Under the pieces are notes generated by a model. That model had not been told where the DNA came from, ran no database searches, and was given only the letters and a program-made list of their open reading frames with translations. Shown here one piece after another: positions 35,765-47,498 of a stretch of 64,000 bases of DNA. Source of the DNA: Balanoglossus misakiensis (lineage: Eukaryota > Animalia > Hemichordata); contig CM082590.2 of NCBI GenBank assembly GCA_040954595.2, forward strand, positions 9,177,764 through 9,241,763, read 5' to 3'. The stretch's first letter is position 1. Each line of letters opens with the position of its first letter. The position numbers were made by a program, and so were the translations under genes.

Positions 35765-36276
35765 ATTTGCATAATTTGCATATAAACTAAGATATAAGCT
35801 ATAGACTATGCTCTTGGTAGTTTACTTAAGTTATTTTCGGCACGCTACGATGAGAACGGGCTTATTTACGACCCGTAACTTCCATGGTAGAATAAACTTG
35901 ATAGAAAGATGTCTGTAGTTTGTGCGATACTATCAAAAAACTATTTAACGAGGTCCGTTAAATGCCAGACCACCGATGCCACCAAGCCACACTTTGAGGT
36001 CAAAGTTCATACACGGTGCCCTCACTATATTTTATACAGAAGTTAAAATCCAAGCCCATCTTCATCGACTTTAGCGTCACAAATATGGCTTTGGATGTGC
36101 TATCTTACAACACCGTATTTTGGCTATTATAAATAATGAAAGAGTATCGGAAAATAGTGACTTTAAGATAAGATTGTTTGAACATTAAAACCGCATTCAC
36201 AGGCAATTTTATTTGGAAATCATATTGCAGAAAAGACCGAATGGAAACTCTTGTCTACTCTAGAAAAAAAAAAAGA

Positions 36277-36348
36277 ATCCCCATTGGGATTCGAACTCGT
36301 GACCTCTCGCACCAAGTACAGTTAGTCTAGCCACTACGCCACAAAGTT
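36277..36348 (-). ncRNA. tRNA-derived Pol III cassette 5 (triplet TTG)
   Basis: A box TGGCGTAGTGG, B box GAGTTCGAATCC, T11 terminator, upstream ATTTGCAT. Confidence 0.6.
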
Positions 36349-36897
36349 ATTTGCATAATAAGCCGGAAAACTAAGTAATGAGCTATTACTCTATAAGATT
36401 ACGTTCTTTGATGTTTCGAAAATAACTTTTCAGCTGTGTTATAAGGAGACGGAGCTTATTTACGATCCATTACTTCGATAGCAAAGTAAATTCGATAGAC
36501 AGATATCTGTTGATTGTAGGATACTTTCAAAAACTGAATATTTCTAAGACAGACGTGCAGCTGTATTTGGGAAAAGGCGCTGTGTTTTTAGCAATTTTAA
36601 TAATTATTATGAAACTGCATTGTAATAAAATATTGAATTTAACCGGTTTAAGATGGTTTGAACATTAATACCATGTATACCAGCTACTTTATTTGGAAAT
36701 CAAATTAAAGTTCTGTAATTTGAAAAGTCTTCTTCCAAGACTTTTATTGCACAGAAAATCAAAGTACTAAACATGGCCAGAAAAGTTTTTCAAAATACTT
36801 TAGTTGTTTCTCAGTTTTAATAATTTTGGTAAAATATATTGCCAAAGTAAGGGTGTTAGTCACCCCATAGCCTTGGTCGTGTAAGGGTGTTAGTCAC

Positions 36898-37527
36898 GGT
36901 GGTGGTGATATTAACAAAGGAAGTGGGGGGTTGGGGGGACTTGTGACAATAATTTTCCAGAGGCATTTAATTGTCCATATATAATGTGATATTTATTTCA
37001 ATAAAAACAAATTTATTTACATCCTGACCGTTGTTCGCTACATCTTGGCATTGTCAGTGCATATTGCCAAACTGGAAGAAAGTCCAATAAATAAGCGTTT
37101 TCAAATGATTGACTTGTGTTTCAGTGGCTTTTCATATGATTTATTACGTAGGCCTGACAATGATGATGAAGGCGACCATGACGCTGGTGGTGATAATTAA
37201 CAAACGAAGTGGAGGGTTGGGGGGACTTGTGACAATAATTTTCCTGAGACATTTAATTGTTCAGACAATGTCATATTTATTTCAATAAAAACAAATTTAT
37301 TTACAATCTGACTGTTGTTCTCCACATCATAACCTTGGTACTGTACTGTACTGCGTACCTATCACTAAAATCATTAAGAATGGCAGCTACTGGGGCTTTA
37401 ATGTTGCCATGCATTTATAATTCACATTCCACATGAAAGGCCAGAATCAGAGGTTGCTAATATTATTCTGCGTACCTATCACTAAAATCATTAAGAATGG
37501 CAGCTACAGGGGCTTTAATGTTGCCAC
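36898..37527. repeat. Local duplications: ~150-bp block at ~290-bp spacing (36898 and 37186) and ~58-bp block at 117-bp spacing (37352 and 37469)
   Basis: Seen directly. Confidence 0.75.
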
Positions 37528-37969
37528 TATCAACACTTCACTAAACAATCATCTCATACCAGTATCATATTTCATTACTATCCCCCAATCAAGTAAACGA
37601 AAACTTCATGAGGCAAATGAATACCACTTTCTAAGCTGGGTCAGTTTGCATAAAATTAAAAGTAGAATTCACCCATGAAAATTTTCTATTTTATTCAAGG
37701 CAACTTAGATAATTTTCTTTTAAATTTGGAAATAAAATTTTGGGATCATCCAAAATTATGAATGATAGACCAACATCACCGTAAATGGTCTTTGGAGAAA
37801 ATTTAAACTTCTGTAAATATTCCTGTAATTTGACTGCTGTAATAATTTGACCACCCTTAATTTATTTTGACTCTAAAAATTTGACCACAAATGAAACACA
37901 ATTTCTTTAACTATTTGCCCTAAACACTACCTATATTAGACAGGTCAATGGCCAGCTACATACAGATCA

Positions 37970-38845
37970 TGGGGAGGGGGAAGGGTGCTGGATGACTAGG
38001 GGGCTATAGCTCACCTCACATTGTCATTCACTAATGTAGTGGGGGAGGGGGAGGGATGCTTGATGACTAGGGGGCTATAGCTCACCTCATATTGTCATTC
38101 ACTAATGTAGTGGGGGAGGGGGAGGGATGCTCGATGACTAGGGGGCTATAGCTCACCTCACATTGTCATTCACTAATGTAGTGGGGAGGGGGAGGGGTGC
38201 TGGATGACTAGGGGGCTATATCTCACATCACATTGTCATTCACTAATGTAGTGGGGGAGGGGAGGGGTACTTGATGACTAGGGGGCTATAGCTCACCTCA
38301 CATTGTCATTCACTAAAGTAGTGGGGGAGGGGAGGGCTGCTTGATGATTAGGGGGCTATAGCTCACCTCACATTGTCATTCACTCATGTAGTGGGGGAGG
38401 GGAGGGCTGCTTGATGACTAGGGGGCTATATCTCACATTATCATTCACTAATGTAGTGGGGGAGGGGAGGGGTACTTGATGACTAGGGGGCTATAGCTCA
38501 CCTCACATTGTCATTCACTAAAGTAGTGGGGGAGGGGAGGGCTGCTTGATGATTAGGGGGCTATAGCTCACCTCACATTGTCATTCACTAATGTAGTGGG
38601 GGAGGGGAGGGCTGCTCGATGACTAGGGGGCTATATCTCACATTATCATTCACTAATGTAGTGGGGGAGGGGAGGGGTACTTGATGACTAGGGGGCTATA
38701 GCTCACCTCACATTGTCATTCACTAAAGTAGTGGGGGAGGGGAGGGCTGCTTGATGATTAGGGGGCTATAGCTCACCTCACATTGTCATTCACTAATGTA
38801 GTGGGGGAGGGGAGGGCTGCTTGATCTCACATCGTCATTCACTAA
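37970..38845. repeat. G-rich 70-bp minisatellite, about 12 copies (65-71-bp variants)
   Basis: Unit GGGGGAGGGGAGGG..CTTGATGACTAGGGGGCTATAGCTCACCTCACATTGTCATTCACTAATGTAGT. Confidence 0.95.
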
Positions 38846-39329
38846 CTACATGAATGCCTGACAGTCGAAATTTGTTCATTTTCTCATCAAAGCTTGCAGA
38901 TGTCAAACATAGTGAGCCATGTTGAAAATACAGCTCAAAAGTATGACTATGTAAATACGGCCACCCCCAAAAGTAGCAATCTTTATTTTCCCAACAATTC
39001 AACATTTTAAAATCATGTGCAAGTGTTTGTAATTTATTTTTGAGTGTGTCTTATACATTTTAGACAGAAACAGTTCTCTTATCCGTTGATTGCCAATACG
39101 CAACTAAGGACTTGGCTGTCTGACAACTTATTCATGATGTCAGTCACAAATTCAAACTAAGCTGTTCTTTTCTACTCTGTGGTGTACAAGGTACTCCGGT
39201 CTGGAATGTGGACGGCCCACACATCAGCTCAAACAAACATCTCATACCTGTGAAAAAAAACATACCAGTCACATTATATCACGATTCATGGAAGATTTTA
39301 TGATTTTATTTCATTTTCACTTCACAATT

Positions 39330-41760
39330 TTCAAAAAAGACAAACAAGCATTATCAATATTATTTGTAAAAATATAAAAGTAGAAGTGACTATTGTGTTC
39401 ATCCTGAAATAAAGCAGAACCAATGAAAGGCAACAAGCCAGGTTAGAAACACAATGTCTCAATGTTTGAATTCACAAAACACAAGCAGAAATATCTAAGT
39501 CTGAATTCACAAAACATTTTGAGGAGTCAATAAGGTCAACTGTTCTCACCTTTTCCATTCATGGTCCGTATCCATGGTTTCTGACTGCTGTTTCAGGCAT
39601 ATCAATCCAAACCGTGAAAACCTATGTTACCAAGGTGATATCATTTCCATCCTGTTAATAATAACAAACAAAACTGTGAGAATCATAAGTTATTACAGCC
39701 TGTGTTTGGCTTCGAACTATATCTACAGTACACTCCCATTTTCTAGAAAGCTCACAATCCCATACAGACATAAACAAACAACACACACTCTGTTAATTGA
39801 AGCCAAACACAAAATAGACAAATATTTTCAAAATAGTATAAAAAATAGAAGTGACTAGCGTGTTCATCCTGAAACAAAGCAGAATCAAATAAAGGCAAAA
39901 AGCCAGGTTAGAAACCAGTCTCAATGAAAATACACTATCATGGTAAATTCTCTTGAACAATATTGTTTCCTTATGCAATGTCTCAAAGTCTGAATTCACA
40001 AAACATTTTGAGGAGTCAATGAGGTCAACTGTTCTCACCTTTTCCATTGATAGTCCGTGTATCCATGGTTTCAGACTGGTGTTTCGAGCATATCAATCCA
40101 CACATTGAAAACCAAGGTTACCAAGGTGATATCATTTCCATCCTGTTAATAAAAACAAACAAAACTGTGAGAATCATAAGTTATTACAGCCTGTGTTTGG
40201 CTTCGAACTATATCCACAGTACACTCCCATTTTCTAGAAAGCTCACAATCCCATACAGACATAAACAAACAACACACACTCTGTTAATTGAAGCCAAACA
40301 CAAAATAGACAAATATTTTCAAAATAGTATAAAAAATAGAAGTGACTAGCGTGTTCATCCTGAAACAAAGCAGAATCAAATAAAGGCAAAAAGTCAGGTT
40401 AGAAACCAGTCTCAATGAAAATACACTATCATGGTAAATTCTCTTGAATAATATTGTTTCCTTATGCAATGTCTCAAAGTCTGAATTCACAAAACATTTT
40501 GAGGAGTCAATAAGGTCAACTGTTCTCACCTTTTCCATTCATGGTCCGTATCCATGGTTTCTGACTGGTGTTTCGAGCATATCAATCCAAACCGTGAAAA
40601 CCTATGTTACCAAGGTGATATCATTTCCATCCTGTTAATAAAAACAAACAAAACTGTGAGAATCATAAGTTATTACAGCCTGTGTTTGGCTTCGAACTAT
40701 ATCCACAGTACTCTCCCATTTTCTATAAAGCTCACAATCCCATACAGACATAAACAAACAACACACACTCTGTTAATTGAAGCCAAACACAAAATAGACA
40801 AATATTTAAAAAATAGTATAAAAAATAGAAGTGACTAGCGTGTTCATCCTGAAACAAAGCAGAATCAAATAAAGGCAAAAAGCCAGGTTAGAAACCAGTC
40901 TCAATGAAAATACACTATCATGGTAAATTCTCTTGAATAATATTGTTTCCTTATGCAATGTCTGAAAGTCTGAATTCACAAAACATTTTGAGGAGTCAAT
41001 AAGGTCAACTGTTCTCACCTTTTCCATCGATAGTCCTTGTATCCATGGTTTCTGACTGGTGTTTCGAGCATATCAATCCAAACCTTGAAAACATAGGTTA
41101 CCAAGGTCATAGAATTTTCATCCTGTTAAAAAAAATAACAGCATCTTTAGTTATCATTTTGGGTATTTTTGCATAGAAATTGCATAAGACTGATAGACAA
41201 ATATCAATATAAATTTGTAAAATAGTATAAAATGTAGGAATGACTATTGTGTTCATCCTGAAAGAAAGCAGACAGAATCAAAAAAAGGCAAAAAGCCAGG
41301 TTAGAAACACAATGTCTCAATGTTCGGTAAATGCAAGAATTGTTTGATCTGCTTTCACTAAAACCAAGAATCAATGCCTCAGTCGTATGAGTGAGGAAAT
41401 GTTCTCACCTTTTCAATTTATGGTTGGTATCCATGGTTTCTGACTTACAGAACCACTGAGCATGTCAATCCTCTCCATGGAAACCTAGGTTTAAAAAGTG
41501 ATACCATTTACAACCTGCAAATAAAAATACACAAAATTGTGAGAATCATAAATTATTTGGTAAGAGCCAAATTATATTCACAGTACACTCTCATTTTCTA
41601 CAAAACTCACTAATCACATGCATACAGACACACACAGGCTGTTCATTCACACTACACACAATATAATAAATATGTATATAAAAATGGAGTGACTATTGAG
41701 TTCTTCCTGAAACAAAGCAGACAGAAACATGGCGAAATGCAAGTTAGAAAATATTTAAAT
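39330..41760. repeat. ~490-bp tandem repeat: about 3.3 near-identical copies (39500-41110) with degenerate flanking copies
   Basis: CTGAATTCACAAAACATTTTGAGGAGTCAA at 39501, 39990, 40481 and 40970. Confidence 0.93.
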
Positions 41761-42078
41761 TCACAATACAGAATCATGTGTTCTGTTTCCTTTAAAATCA
41801 ATAATGTAATCTGTTTATCAATACCCCCCCCCCCTTCCACAGTACTTCCGGGTTGTAGACTCCCCCCCCCCCTTATCACGAACGATACTAGTGATTTGTA
41901 AAAGCCAGTAACAATTATAATGTATCAACTTACTCTTCCCTATTTGACGTCCACGGGTTCTCCAGGATTCTTGATTCCACAGTCACGACAGCCACCAATG
42001 AAACAAGTACAAGAATCCACGAGACACGTGCAACATTAGGATACATAAACACCAGCGACCATACACCGTTACACGGTC

Positions 42079-42204
42079 CGGTTATGGTCTCATGTTAACG
42101 GTTAGGAGTTTGGTTGGTGTTAGGGTTAGTGTTAGTTTAGCGTTAGGGCTAGTGTTAGGCAGTTTCGCGCAATTCCCTGACCGTTAACATCAGACCACAA
42201 CCCG
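42079..42204. mobile_element. Small TIR element with a telomere-like (GGTTAG) interior, possibly part of a larger element starting at ~41849
   Basis: CGGTTATGGTCTCATGTTAACGGTTAGG pairs with CCTGACCGTTAACATCAGACCACAACCCG; a related end CGGGTTGTAGACT lies at 41849. Confidence 0.6.
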
Positions 42205-42232
42205 ATACATCCACGGTGCAAGTTGGGTGGAT

Positions 42233-42663
42233 GGGCGCCGCCATTTTGAAATTGAGGTCAACAGGGGTCAAGCGCCGCCATTTTGTATGATGGCCGCGCG
42301 AAGGAGTCTGGGTAACCGAGACTATCAAGCGCCGCCATTTTGAATAGAGGTATTTGAGGTCAACAGGGGTCAAGTGCCGCATGATGGCACGCGCGAAGGA
42401 GTCTGGGTAACCGAGACTATCAAGCGCCGCCATTTTGAATAGAGGTATTTGAGGTCAACAGGGGTCAAGCGCCGCATGATGGCACGCGCGAAGGAGTCTG
42501 GGTAACCGAGACTATCAAGCGCCGCCATTTTGAATAGAGGTAGTTGAGGTCAACAGGGGTCAAGCGCCGCATGATGGCCCGCGCGAAGGAGTCTGGGTAA
42601 CCGAGACTATCAAGCGCCGCCATTTTGAATAGAGGTAGTTGAGGTCAACAGGGGTCAAGCGCC
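42233..42663. repeat. GC-rich 95-bp minisatellite, about 4.5 copies
   Basis: CAAGCGCCGCCATTTTGAATAGAGG at 42326, 42421, 42516 and 42611. Confidence 0.93.
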
Positions 42664-43531
42664 CCTCGCAACAGTCAAATCATAATTCCTTTGTTTCAAA
42701 TATGTTTTTTCTGCTTTTTATTACAACAGCATGAGTTGAAATTACGATATACATATGATTGGAAGAAATAAAGATCAAATCAACAGAGCTTTGGGGTTAG
42801 TTAAACTGGGTCAAGAACTGACAGAAATACAAGTAGCTTTGTGTCACTATAAGTATAAAAAAATAATTGTAATTATATCATACGTATACATTATTTTTTA
42901 ACCCAAAATTATGACCATGATTTTGCACCAGTCTCTGTTTTTTGTGACCTCTGTCAGTACCCTTTGTTTTCTATACAGTGGAATAATCCCAATGATTGTA
43001 AAGTAGGGTAGAGTTCATTTTCTGGAAATAGAGGGGTGGATGGATGGGTGTAAATTCACAAATCAATTGAATATAAAGCATTGGCATATTTTTTTCCCAA
43101 ATTACTGGAGAGTGTAAAAAATGTAAAATTCTGGAACTTTGCCATGTAAATCAGATGAGAAAACTAACCCACTCACACCTATTTTTGTGTAAATGAAATG
43201 TTCTACCCTGAGAACACTATAGGATTGGACCAAGATACAGTAAACATAGGGTTGACAAGCTATGTGGAAGATTATTCATCAGGGAAATTTCACTGAATTC
43301 ACACTTTGTGAAAACATGACAGAAATTATCATAATTTATGCGAACAAATAATACATATGCTTGTCAAATTAGGTTGATGTCAAAGGTCACCGTTTATGAA
43401 CCTAGACAATTCAAGATGGCCGCCAGTTTGATCATCATAGCTTTTCTTCAACTTTTGCAACATTAAGGGAAGAACCATTTGATTTATGGGGGGGGGGCTA
43501 TGTCAGCAAATATTCAACTTTTGCAACATTA

Positions 43532-43718
43532 AGGGAAGAACCATTTGATTTATGGGGGGGGGGGCTATGTCAGCAAATATTTATATTCACTTTTACAGCA
43601 AGTTTTTTTTTCTGATTACCAGTCCACATCCTTCTTCTGCATCATCTCCAAACAAATTTTTCTTTCCAAAAATTTTCCACAACCCCCCCCCCCCCTGAAA
43701 TCAAATGGTTCTCTCCCT
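43532..43718. mobile_element. PIF/Harbinger-like MITE in the presumed talin 3'UTR; its left end is tandemly duplicated (66-bp period, 43447 and 43513)
   Basis: TIRs AGGGAAGAACCATTTGATTT-polyG / polyC-AAATCAAATGGTTCTCTCCCT; TSD is imperfect. Confidence 0.6.
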
Positions 43719-45535
43719 ATCATCCCAAGGCTTAAGGCCATGAGCTTCAAGTTCATTCATCTGACATGCACAGAAAAATACATACTGAGCTGGTGGGGGT
43801 GTGATCATTGCAATTGATTCAACACAAATTAGTACAGCTACATATGAAACAAATCTTTCCCTCTCGGATTTTATTTTATTTGACATGACAAACGAACAGA
43901 CATCTACATTGGCAAAAAAAAACCTGGAAAGGAATACGTCTTTCCTGTCAAAGGTCTGGAGTAATTTGGCGAACAAGACAACCATCTTGCTATTGCTATA
44001 TACATAAAAAATACTGTTGTTCTACGCATTTGTCCTATGTCATAAAATTGGAGGTAGTGTACAGATTGATGAATGAATATCAATTTTGATGGATAAATTT
44101 CCTACAGAAAGGTAACCTAGTTTGAGTATTGTAAGGTCAAAGGTTAAACTTATTGACTAGAGAGAGATCAACCTTCATGAAGCCTTGCTTGAAAATTCAG
44201 CCACCATTTTGAAAAGGAAGATTCATTTGAACAAAATGATCAATCTATTTCCTGAACATCTTTCAAAGGATCGTCTGTGAACATGAATTTCAGCAATGTG
44301 TTTATCTGTTTGTTGAAGTCTCACCTACTACCTCCAATTTCAAACTTTATGAACAAATTACTATGCTTGACTTAATTACCATATGTTAATTATACAGAGG
44401 TAACTTGTATGTTATGCACAAAATCTCAGTTACAGAAAGTATAGCAATTACAATTGCTTTCTCTCAGTTGTAAAATTAAGCTACAGAAAATAAGTCTCTT
44501 TGTCATATACAACTAATAATGTTTTATCAAATCACATTAAATTCATTGCTTTCTCTACACCTATGGTCCATGCTTCAAATGATATGTGTTGCAGAGAGAT
44601 GACCAAACCTGCATATAGTCTCATGAAAACAAACGAGCTCACTTTTCTCACCACTAGAGGGCAACATTGACCTTCTCATCCACACAGCAACACTATCAAT
44701 GTCAAAATTTGCTACATTTTTTTTTTTTACAAAATGTAATGAGTTGTTCGGATGAATTAAAATTCTTTTTGAATATCACTTTTTAAGTCTACGGTATACT
44801 ATTGTAATATTATGGAAATTAAAGTATAAACTGCACCTTAGAAGCTACAATATTCTCAACGGCATTATGCTATCGTAAGTTTTCATACAAAAATTCTATA
44901 AGGAAAAAATATCACACAAAATGAGGAAAATATAAAGAAAGGAAAAATTCAGGGATAGGCATTGAAATTTTTGAATTATTATAGAAATTCTTTTTTTAAC
45001 TGACGGCAGTGCTGTTAGTAGTTCGGTTTGTTAATCAGATAATTAACCGCGTCTCAGAATTCGAGGTTTCTCGTATTAATCTGTCAATCGGTTAGTTTAC
45101 AAAAAAATTATAACCCATGCCTTCACAGAGCATAGAGTGGGAACGGGACAGACATTCCCAAAAAGTATCATCAAGCAAAAAGAAAGAATCAGAAAAGAAA
45201 AGATCTTATTTGACACCTTCAAATTTCCAATTTAAAATAATCATGGAAGCCACCCTTACAACGTACCCACACATTTCAAGTCGAGATAAAAATATTTTCA
45301 TTTGTAAATGATTTTTTTTTCATCCTACAGTTGCCACCTTACCACCCCTAAATACTAAATGGTTCCCTCCAAATCTAAATTAAACGGACCATCCCACTTT
45401 AAAAGCAGAGATGTCCAAGTGATTATTTAACAAAATGACAAATTCTGGAAGAGTTTCCAACCCCTGTCTTAATTGTGCAGTTCAAAAAGGTAAACAAAAG
45501 TGGAATATTCCATTTGAATTTAGGTGATATTTTTT

Positions 45536-47454
45536 TTAATCTGAGTCTTGTTCTTCTGGTGGTCTGTTCTTGTATTTGGCTTGTCGTATGGCCGCTAGCT
45601 GTTTCCTAGCAACTTCCAATTCTTTCTCTTTCATCAAAATGATTTCTTGTGCTTGTATTTCTTGAGCGATACTTCCAACCATGCGCTTACTTAATTCAAC
45701 GCCTAGTCTCTCCTCTTCCCACCCGGATGCTTGTTGTGCTGCCCTCACGAGGTTATCTGACGCACGTTTCACCGCGTTTCCAGCAGCCTTGGAGGAAAGA
45801 TAAAACATACAGTCAAACAAACAAAGTCACAGGAAAGACAAAACATACAGTCCAACAAACCAAGTCGCAACACGTGACACAGAGTGTGTTGAATTTGAAA
45901 TCAAGTTCAAGTTCAGATTCAGCATGCAACAGCCACAGGGCTTTCACAGATAAATTCAAATACATGTACAGTAAAGCCTGTCTAAACTAAACACCAAAGG
46001 GACTTATAAGAAACTGTTCAGTTTGTAGAGGTGTCCGGTTTATAGAGGTTCTAGCACATGCTTCTATGCCAAAGGGACGGGAAAAGATGTTCATTATAGA
46101 CAGGTTCCAGATTAGACAGGGTTCTCTCTAAACAGGTGAAAGACGCTGAAAAGAATGGAGTTGCACTACTCTCAGAAAATTATATGTTGTATCATGCTCT
46201 CAGCAACATACAAGAACTTGCATAGTGGCAAGTGTGCACACATCCTTACAACACAGACTTTATTCTTTTCGCCATATCACCCCCATCTTTCTGTATTGAG
46301 TCAAACCATACCGCTAAAAACAATAGGGTCGAACCACTCTCTGGTGTCTAAGGGGTAGGTTAACTTGACGTACCTGCAACCGTCTCATAGGTTCGCTGAA
46401 CGTGTCTGCTTTGACTTTGCACGCCACTAAGAGCTGTGCGGTCGAACTGGCCACCGCTTTGGCCGATGAGATGAGACGTTCCTCACTGGCGTGCCCTTGT
46501 ACAGCTGCGTTTGCTGCCTCACAAAGATTATTGGTTGCCACGGCAACTTTGCGAGCCTACGGGTAAAGAGTAGAAACAACACTATCAGCATGGTAAAAGT
46601 AACTTGCATATTATATGCAGACATCGAAAATTTCCAATCAAATTTTACCCATTTCAGTCAATCGGAAATATGGCTCATACACCAATCAGAAGTGACCTAA
46701 CATTACAGATCATTACTTTAACAGATACCAATCATGTACGTGAAACCTAATTGGCCAATAGCTGACGGATGCAACTGAATTAACCAATCATATTCAACCT
46801 TCCATATTTTATTAACATTGACTTACAGCTGAGATGAGACCAAGGGACCACTGTCCATCATCGTATGCATTAGCAGGAATAGCACCAATCTGTGAGAAGA
46901 GAAGACACATTTTAACAAACCAACACACACAGCAAATCTGAACAAAAGTTGTTAAGCGCAAATTTAGACATCAGTAATCATATTCAGCACTAAGTATGTC
47001 CACAAATGTACACTCTTTTTGTTGTTGATACCTATTTACACCTCTACCTCAAATGGAAGAGTCCACAAACAATAAGATGATTCCAAACAAGTAATAGACA
47101 CAGGGGATGTCAGGATCATATCACCCACCTTTCCTTGATCGACCAACTCTCTCTGAGCAGCAGACGCAGCCTTGACCAACACGCTTGTGGCAGATGCAAT
47201 GGCTTTGGCAGCCTCCAAAATTTGTTCCGCAAAGTTCAGATTTTCATCTGCTTCCTGGAGTCACAAAATAAAAGAAATGTCTTTGTGAAAACATGATTCT
47301 AATGATGTTCAACTTAACATATTCTAGTCTTGTTCTTAAAGAAACTTTAGTAGCCTTGACATAAATGATTGACTTGCATGTTTTTGACAGCTTATATTTG
47401 TATTAGCTGACACTCTTCAGAAATCTTGCTAGTCAATTCAAAGTACTCTGTCTT

Positions 47455-47498
<44 letters not shown>

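Noticed and set aside
34370-36348. Functional tRNA genes
   Set aside because: Acceptor and anticodon stems do not pair properly; only the A/B boxes and part of the T arm are kept.
22850-42680. Autonomous transposon or endogenous virus genes
   Set aside because: No ORF with transposase, helicase, recombinase, polymerase or RT motifs could be recognised by eye; a TBLASTN/HMM search would be needed to exclude degraded remnants.
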